This document shows positions 29,808 to 38,810 of a stretch of 64,000 nt of DNA, piece by piece (position 1 is the first letter of the stretch; each line of letters starts with the position of its first letter). The position numbers and the translations under genes were made by a program. The notes under the pieces are model-generated. The model saw nothing but the letters and a program-made list of their open reading frames with translations, made no database searches and had not been told where the DNA came from. The stretch is from the NCBI GenBank assembly GCA_947463515.1, contig CANHRI010000002.1:22785-86784 (forward strand), read 5' to 3'. This DNA comes from Flavobacteriaceae bacterium. Lineage in GTDB: Bacteria; Bacteroidota; Bacteroidia; Flavobacteriales; Flavobacteriaceae.

Positions 29808-30965
29808 TTACTCAAGCCAAGATTGATAGTACTTATCGTCGGCAATACGCATAGCTTCTTCGGTAACCATCAACGGTTTGAACGTATCGACCATAACCGC
29901 CAATTCAAGCGTTTCCTTTTTCCCGATACTGCGCTCGACAGCCCCTGGATGGGGTCCGTGAGGGATCCCAGCAGGATGCAACGAAATATGTCCCGCTTCG
30001 ACATCATTGCGACTCATAAAATCGCCATCGACATAATACAACACCTCATCGGCATCGATATTGCTGTGATTGTAAGGCGCAGGAATGGACTCGGGATGGT
30101 AATCATACAAACGCGGCACAAACGAACAGATAACAAAAGCATCGGTTTCAAACGTTTGGTGCACCGGTGGAGGCATGTGAATCCGTCCCGTTATGGGTTC
30201 AAAATCATGAATCGAAAACGCATACGGATAATTAAACCCGTCATAGCCCACTACATCAAAGGGATGAGTAGCGTAAATCAATTCAAAAATCTCATCTTTT
30301 TTCTTGATTTTCATCAAAAAATCACCTTTTTCATCATGGGTTTCTAGCGCATACGGTCGTCGAATATCGCGCTCACAAAACGGCGCGTGTTCGAGCAACT
30401 GACCAAACCAATTTCGGTATTGCTTTGGGGTATACACGGGACGGTGGGACTCGACAATAAACAATCGATTGTCGTTTGTGTCAAAATCCATTTGATAAAT
30501 CATCCCTCTGGGGATGACCAAATAATCTCCGTATTTGAAGTCCAAAATCCCCATCATCGTGCGAAGTTTTCCCGAACCTTTATGGATAAAGATTACTTCG
30601 TCAGAATCGGTGTTTTTGTAAAAATAGGTCGTCATCGATTGACGGGGTGCGGCCAACACGATATGACAATCGCTGTTGGTCAAGACAATTTTGCGGCTTT
30701 CCAAGAAATCATCCTCTGGCGTTACTTCAAATCCGCGCAATCGATAGGATTGAATGTTATTGGCTTTCGCGATTTTGGGGGCAACACTGTATTGCCTGCG
30801 AATTTCTTTGACTTGTGTCGGACGATGTATATGGTACAAATTGGAATACATGCCATCAAAACCGATGGTGCCAAAAAGTTGCTCATAATACAAGTCGCCG
30901 TTGGGTTTGCGAAACTGAATGTGTCGCTTGTGGGGAGTATCTCCTAATTTGTGATAAATAGGCAT
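29808..30965 (-). CDS. hmgA: Homogentisate 1,2-dioxygenase
   Basis: PPPVHQ, PYNHSNIDADEV, SLHPAGIPHGP, LAVMVDT. Confidence 0.93.
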   Translation of the reverse strand: MPIYHKLGDTPHKRHIQFRKPNGDLYYEQLFGTIGFDGMYSNLYHIHRPTQVKEIRRQYSVAPKIAKANNIQSYRLRGFEVTPEDDFLESRKIVLTNSDCHIVLAAPRQSMTTYFYKNTDSDEVIFIHKGSGKLRTMMGILDFKYGDYLVIPRGMIYQMDFDTNDNRLFIVESHRPVYTPKQYRNWFGQLLEHAPFCERDIRRPYALETHDEKGDFLMKIKKKDEIFELIYATHPFDVVGYDGFNYPYAFSIHDFEPITGRIHMPPPVHQTFETDAFVICSFVPRLYDYHPESIPAPYNHSNIDADEVLYYVDGDFMSRNDVEAGHISLHPAGIPHGPHPGAVERSIGKKETLELAVMVDTFKPLMVTEEAMRIADDKYYQSWLE

Positions 30966-31144
30966 AATTGAAATGTTTTTGGTTAACAATAACCCCGAAA
31001 GGGTTGAAAACAAAGCATATTAGCAACCTACTCACTCAGGATTTCTCTTGATGAGGAATTTGAGATAGGACCGTAAACCATTCCAACCATTCATATGAAC
31101 AAATATCGTAAAAAATAAAAAGCCACAATACTGTGGCTTTCAAT

Positions 31145-32785
31145 TTATTCTTTTTCTAGGTTGGAATGTCGTTTGCTGTACAATAGATAAACCAAAATCC
31201 CTAGGGTGCCCCAAATAATAAAGGTATACCAAGTTTCGGTGCGGACTTGGGTCATCAAGAACAAGTTAAACCCTACTCCAAGAGTTCCTACCACGTATAC
31301 GGCTGGTGTTTTGTATGGACGCTCTAGTTCTGGTTTTTTCACGCGCAACACCATCACAGCCATACATACCATAGCAAAAGCCAAAAGGGTACCCATGGAA
31401 CACATTTCAGACACTTTTTCAATGGGGGTTAACGCGGCCACAATAGAAATAATTAATCCTACCAACAACGTACTCTTGTGCGGTGTAAGGTATTTGGGAT
31501 GTAAATCTTTGAAGAAACCGGGGAGTAATCCGTCTTTGGACATACCTAAGAAAATTCGAGTTTGTCCTAACATCATCACCAACATCACCGACATTAATCC
31601 CGCGGTGGCGGCAATGGTGATTAAAAACGTAGCCCATGTCAAACCAACACCACTGAAGGCAGAGGCTACGGGAGCAGCTTTATCCAATTGATCAAAACGA
31701 ACCATTCCGGTGAGCACCAAGGAAACCAAAATATATAAAATGGTACATATCACCAACGAAGCGACAATGGCAAAAGGCACATCCTTTTTCGGATTAATGG
31801 CTTCTCCTGCTTGGGTTGATACGGCATCAAATCCGATATACGCAAAAAAGACAATGGTCGCGGCTGTTAAAACGCCCCCAAATCCAAAATTAATTTTTTC
31901 TACCCCATCTACTATTGTTTTGGTTTCGGCAGGAATGAAAGGTACCCAATTGTCGGTATCAATGAAAAAGGCACCGGCAATAATTACGAAAAGCACCACC
32001 GCAATTTTAATAATCACAATGATATTATTCGTTTTTGCGGCTTCTTTGATTCCTTTTATCAAAATAGCGGTGATGACCCAGGTGATTAAAAACGCAGGTA
32101 AATTGAATACAATCCCCGATAAATCTATTGAAGAGTAATGCTCGGCAAATTGCGTAACTCCTTCTCCGGTAGCAAAATTTTGAAAATCTTTGAGGGTGGT
32201 CAAACTTTTAAAAGAACTAGCAAAATCAGCATTTGCAAAGTGTTCTTTGATCTGATCAAAGGTTGCTGTTGCATGCGTCGCTAAATAGTCCTTTACCGCA
32301 TCAACAGCTTTGGCATGGTTGAGTTTTTCCATAGCTGTAGCTTTGTCGGAAAGTAATGAAAGTGGGAGTTTGAGGTGAAATAAACCCAATAATTTAGTGA
32401 AATATCCACTCCAGGCTACCGCTACTGTAGTCGCACCCATCATGTATTCCAGGATTAGATTCCACCCAATAAACCAAGCGAAAACCTCTCCAATGGTACC
32501 GTAGGCATAAGCATAGGCCGAACCTTCAACGGGCAATACAGAGGCAAACTCTGCATAACACAAAGAGGCAAATAAACAGCCAATTCCAGCGATTACAAAT
32601 GATAAAGCTAAAGCGGGACCTGCATAATCATGAGCTGCAATTCCGGTTAGCGTAAAAATACCTCCCCCGATAATTGCCCCAATTCCCAGCGAGGTAAGTC
32701 CCCAACGGGTTAATACGCGGTTGAGTCCGCCTTTTTTCATATCTGCTTCAAAGGCTGAAACAGGTTTTACTCTCCAAATTGACAT
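31145..32785 (-). CDS. APC-family amino acid permease (CAT-like)
   Basis: GIGAIIGGGIF, AGPA, CYAEFAS, GSAYAYAY, FFAYIGFDAVST, EAINPKKDVP. Confidence 0.92.
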   Translation of the reverse strand: MSIWRVKPVSAFEADMKKGGLNRVLTRWGLTSLGIGAIIGGGIFTLTGIAAHDYAGPALALSFVIAGIGCLFASLCYAEFASVLPVEGSAYAYAYGTIGEVFAWFIGWNLILEYMMGATTVAVAWSGYFTKLLGLFHLKLPLSLLSDKATAMEKLNHAKAVDAVKDYLATHATATFDQIKEHFANADFASSFKSLTTLKDFQNFATGEGVTQFAEHYSSIDLSGIVFNLPAFLITWVITAILIKGIKEAAKTNNIIVIIKIAVVLFVIIAGAFFIDTDNWVPFIPAETKTIVDGVEKINFGFGGVLTAATIVFFAYIGFDAVSTQAGEAINPKKDVPFAIVASLVICTILYILVSLVLTGMVRFDQLDKAAPVASAFSGVGLTWATFLITIAATAGLMSVMLVMMLGQTRIFLGMSKDGLLPGFFKDLHPKYLTPHKSTLLVGLIISIVAALTPIEKVSEMCSMGTLLAFAMVCMAVMVLRVKKPELERPYKTPAVYVVGTLGVGFNLFLMTQVRTETWYTFIIWGTLGILVYLLYSKRHSNLEKE

Positions 32786-32863
32786 ATAATTTTGTTTTTG
32801 GTTATGTTATAGCTTCCAAATATAACGTATTTGTCGAAAAAACAAACAAAGGAAACGGTTGGC

Positions 32864-35107
32864 TTAAAACCAAAATCCGGCACTAAACCATAAAAAGCCT
32901 TTCGGGAGTTCAGGCGACCAAGAGTATTTGGCCTCAATAGGCCCGATAACTGTCTCCAAACCATATCCCACAGCATACCCTGACATCATGGGCGTTTGCA
33001 ACCAATTGCCCGTTTTAAACAGCTTATTTTCTAGGTTGGCATAATTGGCCGAAAAATTAATGTGATTCTTTTTGTAGAATTCAACATCTACAGTGGCTAA
33101 CACTCTAATGTAACTATCGGCAGCAGAACCCACAAAGTCGTACCCGTAAAAATGCCTAAAGTTGTTGATGGTTTGATAGCCATACCCGCCTAAAACAAAG
33201 TCCAAATAATGCGAGCCGTTATCACCGATATTGATGCCCGCTTCGGACTGTAAGCGCAGGTTGAAAATTTTATAAAACGTTCGCGTGATACCTGCTTCCC
33301 CTTTGATGATGGTAAACCGCTCAAAATTGTTGGCATAGTCGGAGGAATAGAGGTACGAATTGAGCTCTCCGTTAAAAAACCACCCTTTCTTGGGAAAGTA
33401 TTTGTTGTCCAGCGAATCGTATTTTAAATAGCCGAAAACACTGAAATAGTTGCTGTCTTCAAAGATTTGATTTTGATTTTCAAGCGTTTTGGATTTAATT
33501 TCTAAATGCTTTAATTCGATTCCACCTCCGATTAAGAACTTCTGCGCAAAAACCGTTTGAAGATAGGCTTGGTGTGAAAAATCGGAATAATCCACATTGA
33601 TTGCATTGATGCCTGCTTGATCAAAAAAGGCTCCGTTGTTGAAGTCGGTCGATACATTTCGATTGAATTGATTGAAACGAGATTTCAACCCAAAACTGAA
33701 ATAAAATCCATTGTCGATATAGTAATCTAAATTATACCGGAAATTATCGCCCAGCCCAACATCCAACGACAAGACATCATTACGGAAGAGGATTTTCTTT
33801 TGCGTCAAATTAACCAAAGCCGCACTTTTATACAAACCGTCGTAATGGAGGCCAAACCGAACAAAAGTTTTGTTTTTGCTTTCTGTCAAACGAAGTTCCA
33901 ATTCTTCACCCTGATTAAACGGATTAATTTGATACAAAATAGCACTAAAGTTCCCAGTTGATGTCAGTTTATTAATCCCATTTTTTAAATCGTCATAACT
34001 GATTTTCGAACCTTGTTTGAATCCCAATTTCCCGATTACAAAAGCTCGGGTATAATTATTTAATGTATTGATGGCAATGCGGTCAATTTGCAAACTATCT
34101 TTTTGTAACGGTTTTTCAATCAACTGATAGTTTCGGTTCGTTAATTTTTTAAATTTTTCCCACGATTCTCGAGCTGCTTCTTCTCCTTTGGCTATAATTT
34201 CTCGACCCTTGTCAAAAGAAATCACCGAATAATTTTTAATATCGGGTTTGATGTAAATGTCGGTCAGCAACTGTTTTCTTTTCATGCTTTGAATCATTTC
34301 CAAATTGGAAATTTGTACCAAAATTCGAGTCGCTTCCGAGAGCTTTTCGCGGGTTTGTAAGTCATCTTGCACATCTACACCAATGATGATATCGGCGCCC
34401 ATTCGACGAATTTCTTCCACCGGGTAATTATTGGTGACTCCGCCATCAATCAACAATTTGCCATTGATTTCAACGGGAGAAAATAAACTAGGAAATGCCG
34501 AACTCGCTAGGATAGCCTCGGGAAGATAACCTTCGCGCAACATGACTTCCTCGCCTGTTTCAATATTGGTGGCCACGCACACAAAAGGAATAGGAAGCTG
34601 ATCAAATTTTCGCACATAACGCACATTATGCAGTAACTTATTCAACAAATTATAATTATATAGTCCACGCGATAACGCAATCGGAATACCAATGGTCAAT
34701 TTATCAAAAGGTAGCGTCAAAGCATACAATTCGTCGTTATGCTTTTCATAAAAACTTTTGGATTCTCGGGGAATATAATCGCTTAATAACTCATCAAAAT
34801 TGGTGTTATAAAAAATGGAATCAATTTGGCGCGCACTGTATCCCGAAGCGTATAATCCCCCTACTACAGCGCCCATACTGGTACCGCCGATGTAGTCTAT
34901 TTTCACACCTGCATCTTCCAATACCTTCAAAACTCCAATATGCGCAAACCCTTTGGCACCTCCACCGCTCAAAACTACCCCCACTTTGGGACGCGGGGTT
35001 TCCTCTTGGCTGTACCCCCAAGTTACACCGAAGCACAACATCCCGAATACCCACAGGGTGGAATAAAAAGGAAAAACTTCGAGTAGGCGTTTACGTATTG
35101 GTTTCAA
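32864..35107 (-). CDS. Patatin-like phospholipase with POTRA and Omp85-type beta-barrel (PlpD-like)
   Basis: LSGGGAKG, GTSMG nucleophile, DGG; C-terminal amphipathic strands ending in WF. Confidence 0.88.
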   Translation of the reverse strand: MKPIRKRLLEVFPFYSTLWVFGMLCFGVTWGYSQEETPRPKVGVVLSGGGAKGFAHIGVLKVLEDAGVKIDYIGGTSMGAVVGGLYASGYSARQIDSIFYNTNFDELLSDYIPRESKSFYEKHNDELYALTLPFDKLTIGIPIALSRGLYNYNLLNKLLHNVRYVRKFDQLPIPFVCVATNIETGEEVMLREGYLPEAILASSAFPSLFSPVEINGKLLIDGGVTNNYPVEEIRRMGADIIIGVDVQDDLQTREKLSEATRILVQISNLEMIQSMKRKQLLTDIYIKPDIKNYSVISFDKGREIIAKGEEAARESWEKFKKLTNRNYQLIEKPLQKDSLQIDRIAINTLNNYTRAFVIGKLGFKQGSKISYDDLKNGINKLTSTGNFSAILYQINPFNQGEELELRLTESKNKTFVRFGLHYDGLYKSAALVNLTQKKILFRNDVLSLDVGLGDNFRYNLDYYIDNGFYFSFGLKSRFNQFNRNVSTDFNNGAFFDQAGINAINVDYSDFSHQAYLQTVFAQKFLIGGGIELKHLEIKSKTLENQNQIFEDSNYFSVFGYLKYDSLDNKYFPKKGWFFNGELNSYLYSSDYANNFERFTIIKGEAGITRTFYKIFNLRLQSEAGINIGDNGSHYLDFVLGGYGYQTINNFRHFYGYDFVGSAADSYIRVLATVDVEFYKKNHINFSANYANLENKLFKTGNWLQTPMMSGYAVGYGLETVIGPIEAKYSWSPELPKGFLWFSAGFWF

Positions 35108-36917
35108 GATGGTCTTTATTGGTATTGGTTTGGTAAAATTCGTAAATTTTTTTTGCTTTCGATGGCCCTACAACCTCCGAAATTTCACTTTCAGACGCCA
35201 ATTTCAATCTTTTAACACTTTTAAAATATTTTAGTAACGTTTGCATCGTCTTTTCTCCGATGCCTGGAATGGTTTCCATGCTCGATTGTAATGCCGACTT
35301 ACTTCGTTTATCGCGGTGAAAAGTAATTCCAAAACGGTGGGCTTCGTTGCGCAGCTGCTGAATGACTTTTAGGGTTTCCGATTTTTTATCCAAATACAAG
35401 GGCATAGAATCGCCGGGATAAAACAATTCCTCCAAGCGTTTTGCAATGCCAATGATGGCAATTTTTCCGCGTAAATTCAAGGCTTCCAAACTTTTCAATG
35501 CCGACGATAATTGCCCTTTGCCTCCGTCAATAATGATCAATTGCGGCAAGGGTTCGTTTTCGTCCAACAAGCGTTTATACCGACGGTACACCACTTCTTC
35601 CATGGTGGCAAAATCGTTGGGGCCTTCCACAGTTTTCACATTAAAATGGCGGTAATCTTTTTTACTCGGTTTACCGTCTTTAAAGACTACACAAGCCGAA
35701 ACGGGATTGGTCCCTTGAATATTGGAGTTGTCAAAACACTCGATATGACGCGGCTCAACCGACAAGCGCAGGTCTTTTTGCATCTGCGCCATAATTCGTT
35801 GTGTATGCCGCTCGGGATCGACGATTTGCAATTGCTTCAACTGTTCCAATCGATGGTATTTGGCATTGCGTTGCGACAATTCTAAAATTTGTTTTTTATC
35901 GCCCAATTGCGGGACGGTCACTTTTATATTTTCACCAAAATCTAAAGGAAAGGGAACGACAATTTCTTTGGAAGTCAACCCAAAACGCTCGCGCAACTCA
36001 ACAACGGCAAGGGCCAAGAGTTCTTCATCAGTTTCGTCCAATTTCTTTTTAAGTTCAAGGGTATGCGAACGAATGATGGCACCATGGGCTATTTGTAAAA
36101 AATTGACAAAAGCCATGCTTTCATCGGATACAATAGAGAAAACGTCGATGTTGGAAATCTTGGGATTGAGGATGGTCGATCGGGCTTGGTAATTCTCCAA
36201 GACTTCGATTTTCTCCTTCATCTTTTGGGCTTCTTCAAACTGCATTTCGGCGGCATATTCTTGCATTTTCTTTCTAAAATCCCGTAAACTATCTTTAAAA
36301 TTTCCTTTCAAGATTTGCCGAATGGCCGCCACTTGGTCGAGATAATGTTGCTCTGATTCCAATCCTTCGCAAGGGCCTTTGCAGTTGCCAATATGGTACT
36401 CTAAACACACTTTAAACTTGCCACTTTTGATGTTGGCCGGCTTTAAATCCAATTGACACGTGCGCAACGGATACAATTCTTTGATCATATCCAAAATCGT
36501 ATGCACCACTTTAAAATTGGTATAAGGACCGAAGTATTCCGACCCGTCTTTGATCATTTTTCGGGTGGAAAAAACCCGCGGGAAAGGTTCGCGCTTAATG
36601 CAAATCCACGGATAACTCTTATCATCTTTAAGCAGTACGTTGTAGCGCGGCTGGAGTTTTTTAATCAAATTATTTTCCAGCAACAAGGCATCCGCTTCGG
36701 TGGCTACAACTATATGGCGAATCTCGTGAATCTTTCGCACCATGACATTGGTCTTGGCATTGTCGTGGACTTTATTGAAATACGAGGAAACCCGCTTTTT
36801 CAAATTCTTGGCCTTTCCCACGTACAAGAGTTTTCCTTCGGCGTCAAAATACTGATACACGCCGGGATTATCGGGTAACGTTTGTACTTGAAGTTCCAAA
36901 GAAGGAGAGAGCGCCAT
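35091..36917 (-). CDS. uvrC: Excinuclease ABC subunit C
   Basis: PGVYQY, YVGKAKNLKKRV, ECFDNSN, IDGGKGQ, HhH IPGIGEK. Confidence 0.97.
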   Translation of the reverse strand: MALSPSLELQVQTLPDNPGVYQYFDAEGKLLYVGKAKNLKKRVSSYFNKVHDNAKTNVMVRKIHEIRHIVVATEADALLLENNLIKKLQPRYNVLLKDDKSYPWICIKREPFPRVFSTRKMIKDGSEYFGPYTNFKVVHTILDMIKELYPLRTCQLDLKPANIKSGKFKVCLEYHIGNCKGPCEGLESEQHYLDQVAAIRQILKGNFKDSLRDFRKKMQEYAAEMQFEEAQKMKEKIEVLENYQARSTILNPKISNIDVFSIVSDESMAFVNFLQIAHGAIIRSHTLELKKKLDETDEELLALAVVELRERFGLTSKEIVVPFPLDFGENIKVTVPQLGDKKQILELSQRNAKYHRLEQLKQLQIVDPERHTQRIMAQMQKDLRLSVEPRHIECFDNSNIQGTNPVSACVVFKDGKPSKKDYRHFNVKTVEGPNDFATMEEVVYRRYKRLLDENEPLPQLIIIDGGKGQLSSALKSLEALNLRGKIAIIGIAKRLEELFYPGDSMPLYLDKKSETLKVIQQLRNEAHRFGITFHRDKRSKSALQSSMETIPGIGEKTMQTLLKYFKSVKRLKLASESEISEVVGPSKAKKIYEFYQTNTNKDHLETNT

Positions 36918-37095
36918 CGAATTCTTTTTTACAAAAATACACAGAACAAGCGCGGAAAATTATCCTGAAATTAATTTTTAACGCCTTACCTCACTTGGGA
37001 TCGGCCTGCTTTATTTTTGCTAACACCCATCCCGAAGGATTTGGGGGACATCGGTGCAATTCCGTACCTTTACCCTAGAACTGAAAATGTACCCC

Positions 37096-37677
37096 ATGCT
37101 CAAAAAAGAATTACGGTCCTTGTATAAAGCGAAACGCGCGGAATTGGTTGAAGAAGAAATCGAATTCAATAGCGTGGAAATTGCCAACCAACTGTTGCGT
37201 ATGCCTATTTGGGACTACGTATACTATCATCTTTTTATGACAATTGAAACCCAAAAAGAAATTCAAACCGAGTATATTTTGCAAATTCTTTTTGGAAAAG
37301 ACAAAGAAGTGGTGCTGTCGAAAAGCGATTTTGAATTGGGGACGCTCACCCATTTTTTACTCACCGAAAATACCCAACTTCGCAAAAATGCGTATGACAT
37401 TCCTGAGCCGGTGGATGGCATTGAAGTGCCCGAAAGCAAATTGGATGTCGTTTTTATACCGTTATTAGCTTTTGATACCAAAGGTAATCGCTTAGGGTAT
37501 GGCAAAGGTTTTTACGACCGATTTTTGGCAAAATGTCGTCCAGACACTTTAAAAATAGGGTTATCGCTGTTTGATGCCGTTTCTGAAATTACCGATGTAT
37601 CGGCGGAAGATATTCGTTTGGATTATTGTGTAACGCCCGAAAAGGTTTATTCGTTTGGCGTTGAGACTTCCTCTTGA
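37096..37677 (+). CDS. ygfA: 5-formyltetrahydrofolate cyclo-ligase
   Basis: DVVFIPLLAFD, RLGYGKGFYDRFL, DIRLD. Confidence 0.92.
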   Translation: MLKKELRSLYKAKRAELVEEEIEFNSVEIANQLLRMPIWDYVYYHLFMTIETQKEIQTEYILQILFGKDKEVVLSKSDFELGTLTHFLLTENTQLRKNAYDIPEPVDGIEVPESKLDVVFIPLLAFDTKGNRLGYGKGFYDRFLAKCRPDTLKIGLSLFDAVSEITDVSAEDIRLDYCVTPEKVYSFGVETSS

Positions 37678-38318
37678 GTTTCGCCTTCCCAAGGAGCGAT
37701 TGTTACATTTGATGGCTCGGAAGTATGGGCAAATGCGCGTTTGTTGAACACAATCAAGATTCCGACGCCTGTGGAAATGGCCACATCGGCTACATTAAAA
37801 ATCGCATTGAAGAAGGTGATTTCCTTACCGCCCCAGATTGGAATCCAAGTGGGCAACATATAGTCTTCAATTATGGGAAAATAGAACATATCCACAACTT
37901 TTCCGTGAAAAAGCGTTCCGTAAGGTTGATCGGTAAAAAGGGTGGCCAAACGGTGGGTGCTATCGTCAAAAATAACCCCATAGAATACCGAGTCAATAAT
38001 ATTTCCGAGGGCTCCTGCGAATATCAAACTGATGGCAACAATCAAGAAATTGTTTTTGCGTTTTTTCACTGAATCCCATAACCAATAGGCGATAACTCCC
38101 ACGGCAATGATGCGGAAAAGCGTTAGAAACAATTTGCCGTACTCCCCGGGAATCACGGTACCCCAAGCCATTCCTTCATTTTCTATAAAATACAATTTAA
38201 ACCAACTAAATACCTTCACCTGTTCCCCCAAAATAAAATTGGTTTTCACGTAAATCTTGGAGTATTGGTCGATCACCAATAAGAGAAAAATTAGTAAGGC
38301 GGCATTTCTAAGTTTCAT
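37647..38318 (-). CDS. lspA: Lipoprotein signal peptidase II
   Basis: DQYSK, ENEGMAWG, GALGNIIDS, VVDMF, FNVADVAIS; promoter TACTTTTG at 38364-38357. Confidence 0.93.
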   Translation of the reverse strand: MKLRNAALLIFLLLVIDQYSKIYVKTNFILGEQVKVFSWFKLYFIENEGMAWGTVIPGEYGKLFLTLFRIIAVGVIAYWLWDSVKKRKNNFLIVAISLIFAGALGNIIDSVFYGVIFDDSTHRLATLFTDQPYGTLFHGKVVDMFYFPIIEDYMLPTWIPIWGGKEITFFNAIFNVADVAISTGVGILIVFNKRAFAHTSEPSNVTIAPWEGETQEEVSTPNE

Positions 38319-38422
38319 GACAAACAGGAATGTGACGGGTTTGTTATTGTGTGCGGCAAAAGTACTCAATTTTTAAGAAAAACGCCCCGTATCGGAGCGT
38401 TTCACTGTATCATTGGAATTTC

Positions 38423-38803
38423 TTAGCGTTGCATGTTCTTGGCCTCGATACTCATCGTGGCGTGCGGAACAATTTTTAAGCGTTCTTTGGAAATTAATTT
38501 ACCGGTCACTTTGCAGATACCGTAGGTTTTGTTTTCCACACGGAATAACGCATTTTTCAGGTCGCGAATAAACTTTTCTTGACGAATGGCCAATTGCGAA
38601 TTCGCTTCTTTACTCATGGTTTCACTTCCTTCTTCAAACGCTTTAAACGTAGGCGAAGTATCGTCAGTTCCGTTGTTTAAATCGTTCATATATGCACTTT
38701 TAATCAGCTCTAAATCGGCTTGTGCTTTTTCAATCTTTTTTAAGATTAATTCCTTGAATTCTGCTAAATCAGCGTCTGAATATCTCAATTTTTCTTCTAC
38801 CAT
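38423..38803 (-). CDS. dksA: TraR/DksA family transcription factor
   Basis: Coiled coil then YGICKVTGKLISKERL..VPHA; usual ileS-dksA-lspA order. Confidence 0.85.
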   Translation of the reverse strand: MVEEKLRYSDADLAEFKELILKKIEKAQADLELIKSAYMNDLNNGTDDTSPTFKAFEEGSETMSKEANSQLAIRQEKFIRDLKNALFRVENKTYGICKVTGKLISKERLKIVPHATMSIEAKNMQR

Positions 38804-38810
38804 AATTTTC

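Noticed and set aside
37020-37095. Hairpin CCCATCC-CGAA-GGATTTGGG in the ygfA leader as a folate riboswitch
   Set aside because: A single short stem with no THF riboswitch architecture. ygfA is also not linked to the 6S-like RNA as it is in E. coli.
2101-38403. Similar hairpins AAAACGCCCCG...CGGAGCGTTT at 2101 and 38377 as a repeat family
   Set aside because: Both are ordinary terminators directly after highly expressed genes; a short stem match is not enough.
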